Virus record (IMG/VR): IMGVR_UViG_3300030330_002895
Location: 1 to 64,000 of that record
Length of the DNA stretch: 64,000 nucleotides
Strand: one strand, 5' to 3'
Origin: an uncultured virus (IMG/VR IMGVR_UViG_3300030330_002895)
Taxonomy: Duplodnaviria; Heunggongvirae; Uroviricota; Caudoviricetes
Below, piece by piece: positions 27,401 to 36,862 of the stretch. The translations under genes and the position numbers were made by a program. The notes below the pieces were generated by a model. The model saw only the letters and a program-made list of their open reading frames with translations, did no database searches and had not been told where the DNA came from. Each line of letters begins with the position of its first letter. The first letter of the stretch is position 1.

Positions 27401-30400
27401 GTGGTTATTCTATAGTAAGAGTAGAAAGAACTCCAGAAAACAGAACAATATCTACTTCAGGTGTTTTACAAAGAGCAGTTAAATATTGTGATAATGACCC
27501 AAATAGTGTTTGGAATGATAATTCTCAAGACGAGTCACAGGTTGGTGACTTAGAATGGAAAGGAGCAAACAGAGCTGGTATGGCTGGTAGATTTGGTAAT
27601 TATCATAATAGTATATTTACACCTACAATACAAGATTATTGTTCACATATATATGGGCACGCTGCTGTAAATTTTACTGCTACTTCTAGTACACAAGTAT
27701 ATACACCTGGGGCTTTTACAACTTTATTTGGCGATGACACACCTTTAATAGGGGGTAACAAACACTGGTCTCACTCCAATATATTTACTATGGATTCTCC
27801 TGACGCTATTATTAATAGTGATTTTAATTTAAATTTTAGCAGTGGAGATAGAATAAAAATAACAGAGCAAAGATATTGTATAAAACAATCACTTAAAAAT
27901 GGAGGATATACAGATAACAGATGGCCACACTTTTTTAATATGTATTTGTCTGATGGGTATTATGGTGGTTTAGCTGGTTCTAGTAGACCAGACATGTATA
28001 TGGGCCCACAATTTGTAAGTTTGTTTGCTTGTCAAATAGACCCTGAATTATTAAAAGGAGAAGATATATATTATTTTCAAGAAGAAACTACAACAGCAGA
28101 AGAAGAATTAACTGTTCAAAATTTTGGAGGTTGGAAACATAAGCTTTCTCCAGTTAATAAGTGGTCTACAGATTGGGAGTGTGATTTTAATACTTTTGAT
28201 GTTTTATGGAGAAGATTTACAGGTTATCAACCTAATGGTGGATATAGCGATGAGAATTTAGAGGATGCTTTAAATGAAAGTTTAACTGATGGTTGGGTTG
28301 ATACAGATGATGAACCAAGTATACACAATGATTTAGAAGGAGATGTTCATTTAGGTATATATACTAAATATTATTCTAAAAGAATAGGGGCTTACCCTAT
28401 GTATGGTATGGCTAGACCCGATTGGAATAAATATGATTATGGTCAAGTTGGTGAAGGTAGAAACTTTAACACCACAGGAGGTGGTGGCGCAGGAGATTCT
28501 GGAGGTTTAGGTTTTGGAATGAATACTAGAGATTGGAAGTTTGATATAGCTGAAAGATGGATGTTTCCTAATTTTACAGCTTTAGCAGCTTGGAAAGCTA
28601 CTGATATTAATCCTTATTCTAATGAAATTGATACTACCAACTCTAACACTAATATAAACTCAAGCTTGTCTTTAAGTGGAGATGAGCATTATCTATGGTA
28701 TGCAGGAGGACAAAGACAGTGGGACTTTTATGGCGACGACGAAGGTTATGAAAGTGGAGCAAGAGCCACTAATGTTATGCCTGATATTTTTGCTAATGCA
28801 GGGTTAGACGGAAGTACAAATGCTCCAGGAGAAAGGTTAGATACATGGTGGGGTTCTTCAGTTCCATCAGGAGACTTAAACCCGTATTGGAAAGAGTCAA
28901 GAATTTTTCACGCACAAATAGTAAATCCAGGGCAAGAAATTTCTGAAACAACTTTAGGCTCTGATAGGCCTTATAGAAATGCCACTATGTGGCACGACCC
29001 CCATAGACAAAATGTAATATTTTCTTTAAATTCTACATCTAAAAATATGAGAAACCACTCTCTGGGTGGCAATACAGGTGGCACAAGTGATAATATAAGT
29101 GAAGAAACTACTACATACTCAGAAAGTAGAGCAGATTTTTCTTTAGGTCACAAAACAATAGTTATGTCTTTACCGCATCATGCTATGCTACCTATAACAA
29201 GACATTGTTTACAAGCTAATAACTGGAGAGAAAGAGTTTATTATCAGTTTGGTGGTCCTAATATATTAGGATTTAAAAATAATGACGAAATGAGTATTGG
29301 TGATTGGCAAGACTTTACGGGTGGTTACTCAGGTTATAGATGGGCATGTGGGGCTGACCATGAACAGTTTTCTGAAATGGGACCAACAGGATTAGCTGGT
29401 TCTGGAGCTTCAGGTGCTACTCAATTTGGAAAAACGGGTCGTGGTAATATATGGAGTGTAGATTCTCCAGAGGTTACTATGGCCTCTATAGTAAAAAACC
29501 ACAACGCTGGAACATTATATGGGGGTAACACTAACTTAGCTTTTGCAAAAAATACATTTGTTTCTACAGGAAGTTTTAGACAAGTAAATCAAGTAGAAGC
29601 GTTTGATGGTTCAGGAAATAACGGATTGCCAGTATTTGGTGGTGATACTTTTATTGCTAATTTTAGTTTAAAAAAAGTTCACAATCCAGATACAGATTCA
29701 GAATACTCTGATAGAGGTGTATTAACAGCTTATACTTGTCCCGTAGAAACAGAAACTAATTTAGATTTAAGACATGGTTATTTCTTTGGTAGTGACACAC
29801 AAAATATAGCAAAACAAATACCAGATGATACTGGCGCTTATGCATATAATACATCATATGATGCAGAAAATAAAATCCAAGTATTTAGTCCAAAACCTTT
29901 TGGATTTGTAGAAATAGACCATTGGCCATCAACTGTTGCATTTTCTGACCCTAAAAACACAGGAGATGTATTAGATAACTATTCTGTATTTCCTGTAAAT
30001 CAATTAAAAGATTTAGACTACACCAAAGGTCCTATTAGACAAATGTTTAAATTGCAAAATAAATTGTTTGCTTTGCAAGACTCAGGAACTTGTCAACTAT
30101 CTGTCAATCCAAGAGTTATGATACCTTCAGGAGAAGGTGGAGCTATTCAAGCTGTAACAGGAACTGACAATGTAATAGAAAGATATGATTATTTAAGTGA
30201 ATCTTTGGGAACACAACATTTTCATGGTTTAGCCGTTACTGATAAAGCGGCATATTATTATGATGATAATGCATCTAAATTTTTACAATTAGGAGCAGGT
30301 AAAGGTGGTGGATATGGTATAACTTCTTTAGGGGATTCCCATTCTATGCAAACATTTTTTCAACTATATGCAAATGAAACTATAAATGATAGACCATTGA

Positions 30401-31404
30401 ATTCTCCAAATTTTAATTTAGAACCATCAAATGATGCTGAATTACCTTACACTTACACATTAACTGATTATAATTCTTTTAACCCAAATTATGGAGGGAT
30501 TAACATAGGTTATGACCCAGAATATGGAGAGGTTTTATTGTCAATATCTTGTGATAATCCATACACATTAGTATATAATGAAAATTTAGGAGTATTTAGT
30601 TCATTTATTTCAAAAAGACCATCTAACTATATTAATTTTAAAAACAGATTATATTGCACTTACGATACTTTTAATTCGTCAATGGAAACAGATTCTAATA
30701 CAAAATTGTTTTTATCTAATGGTTTTGTAAATGGAACAGTGGATGACGGTTCTTATAGATATTTAACTTTTGGAGAAATAGATTATTATATATTAGGGCA
30801 TGGAAATGATGAGGATTATAGTTATGACCAAGATAGTTATACAAATTATGTGTCTACAGAAAGCTATCCACAATTAGAAGCAAACCTTCAGAAATGGGGC
30901 ACAAGAAGTGACTTATACACTAAAGAGCCAATACAGATACATTTTGTTTTAAATGATGAATCTATGCAGCCAAAAATATTTGACAATATAGATATACATA
31001 TAGATGCTAATACAGAAGTGGGTTCTAATCATTTATATTTTCGTAAATTTACATTTTTAGGAAGTGCTAATAGAGCGGCTTATTCTGAATATGATGCAAG
31101 TGAATTTAGTTTAGAACAAATTTATTCTAATTCTGAATTTGGTTTTGCTGAAGACCCAGGGCGAAAAATGTGGTATAGTGTAAAAGATGGCACACACCAT
31201 GTGCCTCTTAGAACAACTGGAGCAGGTGCACAAATAAATACTGCTGAACCAGCTATAAGAGGAACTTATGCTATAGTAGCAGCCTCAATAGGTTGGGACA
31301 AGGGGGATAGATTTTTTGGAGTAGATGGTGGAGATAAAATTATGAAAAACGAAGGATTTAGTATATTATCATTAATTCCTTATTATAGATATTCAAGAAG
31401 ATAA
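24463..31404 (+). CDS. tail stabilisation/muzzle protein with large insertions (2313 aa)
   Basis: FGKGMMMD...YRYAKNIR, IKDNRLFVGN, GYRRGEIYRFGLLFYD, FGGDTFI, GPIRQM motifs of crAss tail stabilisation proteins. Confidence 0.8.
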   Translation: MRKPGKPNTFGKGMMMDMDPLLQPKESYRYAKNIRLNSYVGKNISVQPYDSDKLALSLGSGQITTFETNTISDIVNWQAVSDEIYTNWSQLTWQAFFDYITNASFGLDLEEFFTSGTLSDNYNLTGSPSSAYVMIGDYVSSGLYYEDVSQDTQLSNLQLLPAFTEGGYYINFYNLFLENNTTLPLTTVASGVEDSNADGVGLTFTVTLTLSDENTEVIDVEVPPFAEITDATQNPLYFESIIANQITLSDNDISATVNTSSGGNNLWAFSTTTEITVTSVNIVVNGDIAISTAIDNFAIENTWRNEWLAYDTVDSDYYADEGILWEFMTEEVGTYFSERINSYVNSVDGVNDTFAIENFQLLQQDTTTDASDLSDVVISKGMQILGSYAFSDYLVILGTWPEQENITGYKTDFVIKTSQQKDGTLTSAGQQGLYQLFFVGNLGFENKKKLKVVGAEENEHVRRIYFTDGDIPLRTMNVGANPSIYSQYTNDPGYFDLFVETKVSIPKVTGFVDGGNLESIGHSYAFRYKTLDGRLSRISPVSNPASLPVSGSAQPASFTKGGNPGVNTSKSITGVIENLDTRYPYVEMIHIPYIGGAPGVAQVFATIPVPVGQTTLSWTHTGTEIVREEIIALEFGADYVSWDTCKALEIKDNRLFVGNLKGVAESVPTDFTVVSYNSWNQHHSYESGNPDLYSDLLYSIAGISYNANGEDADYHSPQTEDYGKYTKPNGYDPYRYIQGPTETEGEQNGLYQSSLSAPEYWTAENTAPQPYSVRRGIFGAESKHFRTPLENGEFEGVRVTFRILGSEPDDVLPVELDSQDKLISTGSEIAARPPFYRVEKNQETGGYYANYANPMYNSNYVGYRRGEIYRFGLLFYDKKGSPMFVKRIGDVRMPEHSTEYIVPSFSGSSVNGFDMKWPYYYQTSRSNLDGGFVDWPSPTWDEENYIKPYSQHDKGEGQKACVLYPYFEVKLSSETCKKISGYSIVRVERTPENRTISTSGVLQRAVKYCDNDPNSVWNDNSQDESQVGDLEWKGANRAGMAGRFGNYHNSIFTPTIQDYCSHIYGHAAVNFTATSSTQVYTPGAFTTLFGDDTPLIGGNKHWSHSNIFTMDSPDAIINSDFNLNFSSGDRIKITEQRYCIKQSLKNGGYTDNRWPHFFNMYLSDGYYGGLAGSSRPDMYMGPQFVSLFACQIDPELLKGEDIYYFQEETTTAEEELTVQNFGGWKHKLSPVNKWSTDWECDFNTFDVLWRRFTGYQPNGGYSDENLEDALNESLTDGWVDTDDEPSIHNDLEGDVHLGIYTKYYSKRIGAYPMYGMARPDWNKYDYGQVGEGRNFNTTGGGGAGDSGGLGFGMNTRDWKFDIAERWMFPNFTALAAWKATDINPYSNEIDTTNSNTNINSSLSLSGDEHYLWYAGGQRQWDFYGDDEGYESGARATNVMPDIFANAGLDGSTNAPGERLDTWWGSSVPSGDLNPYWKESRIFHAQIVNPGQEISETTLGSDRPYRNATMWHDPHRQNVIFSLNSTSKNMRNHSLGGNTGGTSDNISEETTTYSESRADFSLGHKTIVMSLPHHAMLPITRHCLQANNWRERVYYQFGGPNILGFKNNDEMSIGDWQDFTGGYSGYRWACGADHEQFSEMGPTGLAGSGASGATQFGKTGRGNIWSVDSPEVTMASIVKNHNAGTLYGGNTNLAFAKNTFVSTGSFRQVNQVEAFDGSGNNGLPVFGGDTFIANFSLKKVHNPDTDSEYSDRGVLTAYTCPVETETNLDLRHGYFFGSDTQNIAKQIPDDTGAYAYNTSYDAENKIQVFSPKPFGFVEIDHWPSTVAFSDPKNTGDVLDNYSVFPVNQLKDLDYTKGPIRQMFKLQNKLFALQDSGTCQLSVNPRVMIPSGEGGAIQAVTGTDNVIERYDYLSESLGTQHFHGLAVTDKAAYYYDDNASKFLQLGAGKGGGYGITSLGDSHSMQTFFQLYANETINDRPLNSPNFNLEPSNDAELPYTYTLTDYNSFNPNYGGINIGYDPEYGEVLLSISCDNPYTLVYNENLGVFSSFISKRPSNYINFKNRLYCTYDTFNSSMETDSNTKLFLSNGFVNGTVDDGSYRYLTFGEIDYYILGHGNDEDYSYDQDSYTNYVSTESYPQLEANLQKWGTRSDLYTKEPIQIHFVLNDESMQPKIFDNIDIHIDANTEVGSNHLYFRKFTFLGSANRAAYSEYDASEFSLEQIYSNSEFGFAEDPGRKMWYSVKDGTHHVPLRTTGAGAQINTAEPAIRGTYAIVAASIGWDKGDRFFGVDGGDKIMKNEGFSILSLIPYYRYSRR

Positions 31405-31405
31405 C

Positions 31406-33049
31406 ATGAGTAATATACAAAAATATATTAGAAAAAAATACGAATTAGGCGGTGTAACACTAGACCCTGTGCAGTTTCAAGGATTTGATTTGTCGCAATC
31501 AACAGAGTTACCGCCTATGTCACCATCTGTGCAACAAATGATGCAGCCTCAGCAAAGAACTGGAGCTGGACAATTTTTACAAAACATAGGAAGTAAATTT
31601 GGCGGTGAATTAGCTAGAGGTGGTTTTCAAGAATTAACTGGAGGACAAAACATAGGGGAGTTATTTAGTGGTATGACCAAAGGTGAAGGTCCAGGGGCAG
31701 ATTTGTTAAGCACAGTAATGCAAGGTACCACTCAAGGTGGAGGATTAGATGTAGGAAGTTTAATGGGAAAAGTGTCAGGTGGTGGTGGTATAGGGAATCC
31801 TTTAGATTTGGTTGGTAGTGGTTTAGATTCTTTAGCAGATGATAATGACGCTACTACATATAGTGTAGGAGAAATAGGAGCTGATGTTGCTGGTGTTGGA
31901 ATGGGTGTAGGTAGAATATTTACTGGTGATGTAGTGGGTGGTGTAAAACAAACTGTAGGAGAATTAGTTGATATAGGTAAATCTATTGTTGGAAGAAAAA
32001 AAGCAAGAGAAGAACAAACGGCTGCAGAAAAGCAAGCTAAAGAGGATTACTTTACAAGAGAAGGTGCTGCTGCACAAAAAAGGGTGGCTGCAGGCATGCA
32101 AGCAGAACAACAATCTAAATCATCTGAAGCACAAGCAGGCATGCAGTCAATGTTAGAAAAATACAAAATAGCTAAACATGGAGCTAGATTAAATTACGAA
32201 GAAGGCGGTGTAAATGAAGGAACAAGACCATTAGACTTAAGAACTATGAAATATTATAAAGGAGGAATATTAGAAAATTTAAGATTTAAAGAAGGGGGTA
32301 TGACTAAAGGAGAAAAAGCACGACTTGCTTTAGATGCAGCGGGAATGGTAAATCCTTTAGCTGGCTTTGCTGCTGGAGCTCTAGATGCAAAAGATGCTAT
32401 TAAATATGCTAAAGAAGGAAACTATTGGGACGCTGCAAAAGCAGGAGGAATGGCTGCATTAGGCTTTATTCCTTTTGGCGGTTCTGTTATTAAAACAGGA
32501 TTAAAGGGTGGTAAGCAAGTAGCAAATCTTGTAAAAAATGCAAAAAAACTTAAAAAAGTTAATGAAGGTGTAGTTAAAAATGTTTTAAAAGCAACTAAAG
32601 CTACTGGCAAAGGAGACAAATATGATGTTCAAGATAAAGTTCAAGAGCTTGTGCAAGAAACTAAAAACAAACAAATTGACACTCCATTACCTGCAGGTGA
32701 TACATCATTTCCTTTTATGTTTAGTAAAGCTGAAAAGGGAGCAAGGTTAAGTTTTGACCCTATGGATTATTACACTGGTGGTTATTTAAAATACGTTAAA
32801 GGAGGAATGACTCCTGGCAAGTTTTCTCACAAAACAAATCCTCTTACTGTAGTTGACAAAAAAGGAAATGATACAGGAATGGAACTAACAGGAGGTGAGG
32901 GTGTATTTGATAAAGGAGCTATGACAAAACTTGACAAATACAAAGCAACAAAAAATTATGAAAAAGCTGGTAAACTTGTGTTTTCAGAAATGGATTCTTG
33001 GAAAGATGCAGGAACAGCTAAGTATGGAACTAGAATAAAATATAAATAA
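31406..33049 (+). CDS. virion cargo/ejection protein with xxxGG repeats and a pre-toxin-TG-like segment
   Basis: Gly-rich hydrophobic hairpins; repeated YELGG/YEEGG/YYKGG/FKEGG/YYTGG/YVKGG; SHKTNP...ELTGGE; located after the tail genes. Confidence 0.65.
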   Translation: MSNIQKYIRKKYELGGVTLDPVQFQGFDLSQSTELPPMSPSVQQMMQPQQRTGAGQFLQNIGSKFGGELARGGFQELTGGQNIGELFSGMTKGEGPGADLLSTVMQGTTQGGGLDVGSLMGKVSGGGGIGNPLDLVGSGLDSLADDNDATTYSVGEIGADVAGVGMGVGRIFTGDVVGGVKQTVGELVDIGKSIVGRKKAREEQTAAEKQAKEDYFTREGAAAQKRVAAGMQAEQQSKSSEAQAGMQSMLEKYKIAKHGARLNYEEGGVNEGTRPLDLRTMKYYKGGILENLRFKEGGMTKGEKARLALDAAGMVNPLAGFAAGALDAKDAIKYAKEGNYWDAAKAGGMAALGFIPFGGSVIKTGLKGGKQVANLVKNAKKLKKVNEGVVKNVLKATKATGKGDKYDVQDKVQELVQETKNKQIDTPLPAGDTSFPFMFSKAEKGARLSFDPMDYYTGGYLKYVKGGMTPGKFSHKTNPLTVVDKKGNDTGMELTGGEGVFDKGAMTKLDKYKATKNYEKAGKLVFSEMDSWKDAGTAKYGTRIKYK

Positions 33050-33050
33050 T

Positions 33051-34985
33051 ATGGCGGCATTAACAGAAGAGATATATGGAACAATAGCTGATATAGAAGG
33101 CGGTATTTCTAATGATAAAAATGACATAGGCAATTATATAGGTGGTAATAAAAAAGGCACTTTTGTTCCCACAAAATATGGTGTAACTTTTGATTGGTGG
33201 TATAAAAATATTAAAAATAAAACAGGAGTACCTAAAGAGTCAGAAAAAATTGCTTTAATTGATGAGTTTAATAATTCTGTAAAAAATTCTACTGATGCTA
33301 AAAATTTATTTGAAGAAGTTTTTTATGAAAACCCTAAAGGTCGTAATTTAAGTTTAAAAGGTATAGACAATCCTGCTACAGCTGCATTTGTTTTAGATGC
33401 AATGATAAATCAAAACTTTGCTTTTAATAACACAAATGCAAATAATATATATGAAGCTATCAAAAAAGCGGGTGGAACTAACACTGGAGATATAGTAAAA
33501 GATATTAATAGTGTAAATCAAGCAGAGTTTAGAAAAGCTTTTTTAGACGTAAGGGTAGACAGATATAACACGTCTAAAACTGCAAAAAATCATATGAAAG
33601 GTTGGATGAAAAGATTAGACGACCTTAGTGATACCTGGGCAGACAAAGGTGAATCAAGTTTATTAAATCCAGATTTTAATTTTCAAGATAATATAAGTGG
33701 AAAACCAGGTGATTACAAATACGTAGATAGAGAAGCAATAGAAGATTCTGAAAAAATCAAGACTGTTGTGCCTCCTGGTCCAGACAAGTTTAATGTAAAC
33801 CTTTCCATAGAGGAAAAATCAATAATAGAAAAAGGACGTGAAGAAGAAAAAAAGGACGAATTAATAAAAAGAGATGCTGAAGCAAATAATTTAGAAGATT
33901 CTATAAATAGAGGTTTAAATAAAATTGGTTCCTCTCAATTAAGTCCAGAGTTTGTAAGAAATGTACAGGAAGGAAATGAACAGGTGTATGACGAAGATGT
34001 AAAGAATGCTATTGACGCAATGGACCCTGATAATCCATTTGCAATTTATGAGGGTAAAGAAGTTATGACAGACAGTGCTGGTAATTTAACTGTTGTAGTT
34101 CCAGGTATAGATAAGAGTGGTTTACAGCCTATTACTTTTGAAGAAATACAAAGTATTCAAATGGGGCCTGAATATCAAGAGACAGAAGAAGAAGCGCCAG
34201 TAGAAGATGAACCTATTGTAGTGTCAGATGATGTATTAGATTATGAACCAGAAGAAATTGAAGAAGAAGAAGAAGAGATTGAAATATTTAAACCAAAACC
34301 AAAAGTAAAAGAAGAAGAAAAAGAAAAAAAAGCTTTTCCTTGGAGAAATATGGCTAATGCTGGATTAGGTTTGTTAGCTGGTGCAATGGGTAGAAAACAT
34401 ATGAAAGAGGCTTTAAAGGATTTACCTATACAAGAAGGTCATCAATTAGATGCAGCGTGGAAAGACTATATGAGCAAAATGAAAGAAATGTCACAATCTG
34501 GTTTAAGTGCACAAGAAAAAACTGTAGCTAAAAGTGAACTTTCAAAATCTTTTAACCTTGGCGTTAAAAATGTTATGAGAGGAGCGGGAGGAAGTAGAGC
34601 TGCTTTTTTAGCTAATGTAGGTGTTTTAAATGCAAACAGAGTTGAAGGGCTATTAAAACTTACAGCTTTAGATGCTGCTACACATAGAAAAAACTTACAA
34701 CAATATGGCACAGCTTTAAAGTATCAACAAGAACATGATAGGCATGTGGATTCAGTTGATAAAAAAATGCAGTATGCAGAACTTAAAAGAAAAGCAGATA
34801 TAAACGCAGGATTAGGTAATGGCTTGATTGCTGCTGGTATAGAAAGTGTTAATTATGCTATAAATAAAAATGCAAATCCTGTTACAGGAGCTATGAATAA
34901 CATGACACAAACTCTTCTAGATAATCAGCAGTTGAAATCTGACACTACTAATATTCTTAATATGTTAAACAACTTAAACAAATGA
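33051..34985 (+). CDS. ejection protein with N-terminal GH108-like lysozyme domain
   Basis: IEGGISNDKNDIG...TKYGVT...VLDAMIN...KGWMKR, acidic linker, helical Ala/Gly-rich C-terminus. Confidence 0.75.
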   Translation: MAALTEEIYGTIADIEGGISNDKNDIGNYIGGNKKGTFVPTKYGVTFDWWYKNIKNKTGVPKESEKIALIDEFNNSVKNSTDAKNLFEEVFYENPKGRNLSLKGIDNPATAAFVLDAMINQNFAFNNTNANNIYEAIKKAGGTNTGDIVKDINSVNQAEFRKAFLDVRVDRYNTSKTAKNHMKGWMKRLDDLSDTWADKGESSLLNPDFNFQDNISGKPGDYKYVDREAIEDSEKIKTVVPPGPDKFNVNLSIEEKSIIEKGREEEKKDELIKRDAEANNLEDSINRGLNKIGSSQLSPEFVRNVQEGNEQVYDEDVKNAIDAMDPDNPFAIYEGKEVMTDSAGNLTVVVPGIDKSGLQPITFEEIQSIQMGPEYQETEEEAPVEDEPIVVSDDVLDYEPEEIEEEEEEIEIFKPKPKVKEEEKEKKAFPWRNMANAGLGLLAGAMGRKHMKEALKDLPIQEGHQLDAAWKDYMSKMKEMSQSGLSAQEKTVAKSELSKSFNLGVKNVMRGAGGSRAAFLANVGVLNANRVEGLLKLTALDAATHRKNLQQYGTALKYQQEHDRHVDSVDKKMQYAELKRKADINAGLGNGLIAAGIESVNYAINKNANPVTGAMNNMTQTLLDNQQLKSDTTNILNMLNNLNK

Positions 34986-36862
34986 ATTATTTAAATATAG
35001 GTTCTAATTGGGCGTCAGCAGCAAGAGCAGGTAGAGACCGTGCTAATAGAGATAATATGCAGGCTTTAAGAGAAGCGCAAATAGAACAAAAAAGAATACT
35101 TAAGGAAAAAGAAAATGAACTTTTAGCTGAACAACAAATAAAATTAACGGACCAAACAGCAGAAGCTTTAACTAAGTTTTATAGACCTGGAGATTTAAAG
35201 GCTATACAAGATACAGAAAAAGAAGCTACACAAGCATTAAAGGCGCGTTTAGAGGCATATGGAGATGATGTAGGAGCTTTTATGAGGGGAGGTGGTATGG
35301 CTCATTTAAAAGAATATAGAGACACTATTTTAAATAGTGAACGTGCAAAAATTGTGAGAGCAAATGTACCTGAGATAAAAAACTTTTTAAAAGCTAAAGA
35401 TGAAAGCCCACACCTTTTATCTAATGCAGATGTAGCAAATTGGAATGCTTGGTCAAATGGTTCTGTAGATAAATTTACATTTAGAGGAAACTATTTACCA
35501 TATGTAGAACCAGAAAATATAGGCGAATATACAAGTCAAGGACTTAGTATTGGTCATGCATATTTAAACGCAGAACTTACAGATGCTCAAAAAGAAGCAG
35601 GAGAAATGGATAATTTTTTTAGAGCTTTACATAATTACAATATAGATACAGGTCAAGATTTAGCACCTAGTGAAGTAACAGAAGAAGAGTTAATAAATCA
35701 TATTAACATGCAGATGAGTAAAAAACCTGTCACAACTAGTCAAGCAGAAGAATTGTCTAATTATTTAGGAAATAGTAAAAAAACAAGTGACCAAATACTT
35801 AACATATTTAATCTTTTAGATAGAGGTTATCAAGGAAATTTTTTAAACTATTGGACAACTGCTCAGCATCAAACAGCTAGAGATAATATGACTAATAGAC
35901 TTGATGCTGGTAGTTTTGATAAAAGGGGTGACAATAATATATATAGCACTAATATTTTAAGAGGTCAAGAAAAAGATATATTGTCTAAAATTTTAGGTAT
36001 ACCAAAAGAAGATGCAGATAAAATATCTTCTGATGAATTATATAGATTAATAGCAGAAGGTAATTTAACTTTATATGACTATGAAGGTAACTCTTTAGCA
36101 AATGGTGAAGATTTAAACATAGGTCCAGAAGGTAATTTAAAATTAGAAGGAATTAGTTTGGCTTTTGAAGTTGCTACAGACAGAGATAATAACAAATACA
36201 AACTATTATCATATGATGATGTTTTAGCAGATGAAGGTTTAAAAAACAATGCAAAAGATGGTGTAATAGTAGTAGCCTTTAGAGATGAAGACACATTTGG
36301 TAAAGATGAATATGTTTATGTAAAATTAGACATTGGTGCTAACGGTGGTAACAATAGGGTTGCTAATATAATAAATGAAGTAACGGGTGAAATGGATTTT
36401 AGAGCTAAAAAAACAGCAGAAAAATTAAATGAGATGCCACAATATGAATTTGTACAAGGAGAAAAGTTTAATTTTACACCAGAAAATTCTGTTAAAGCTA
36501 TATCTTCTTTACACAATGCGGTCGAAAAATCTGCAAAAAGAGTTGGAATAACAGAGTATAATGATGAAGCTTATGCAATGTTAATGGCACACGCGTTGCA
36601 TCATTCAGAATCCTACACTGAAGGACAAAGTCCACAATTTTTTATTGACCAAATAACTAAAACGTCTGACCCTACAGCTAAACAAGCAATGCAATTTTTA
36701 GCACAAGATGATACCGATTATTTATCGTATATTAACACTTTTAAAGAAGCTGGAGAATTATCTCAGGGAGAAGCTTTAACTTTAATGAGACAATATCAAA
36801 TGATATTAAACGGATATAAGTTTTTAAAAGATTACGAAGAACAGCAAAACAAAGCGCAATAA
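34982..36862 (+). CDS. putative cargo/ejection protein
   Basis: 626 aa, N-terminal coiled coil, located between the lysozyme cargo gene and the RNAP gene. Confidence 0.55.
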   Translation: MNYLNIGSNWASAARAGRDRANRDNMQALREAQIEQKRILKEKENELLAEQQIKLTDQTAEALTKFYRPGDLKAIQDTEKEATQALKARLEAYGDDVGAFMRGGGMAHLKEYRDTILNSERAKIVRANVPEIKNFLKAKDESPHLLSNADVANWNAWSNGSVDKFTFRGNYLPYVEPENIGEYTSQGLSIGHAYLNAELTDAQKEAGEMDNFFRALHNYNIDTGQDLAPSEVTEEELINHINMQMSKKPVTTSQAEELSNYLGNSKKTSDQILNIFNLLDRGYQGNFLNYWTTAQHQTARDNMTNRLDAGSFDKRGDNNIYSTNILRGQEKDILSKILGIPKEDADKISSDELYRLIAEGNLTLYDYEGNSLANGEDLNIGPEGNLKLEGISLAFEVATDRDNNKYKLLSYDDVLADEGLKNNAKDGVIVVAFRDEDTFGKDEYVYVKLDIGANGGNNRVANIINEVTGEMDFRAKKTAEKLNEMPQYEFVQGEKFNFTPENSVKAISSLHNAVEKSAKRVGITEYNDEAYAMLMAHALHHSESYTEGQSPQFFIDQITKTSDPTAKQAMQFLAQDDTDYLSYINTFKEAGELSQGEALTLMRQYQMILNGYKFLKDYEEQQNKAQ

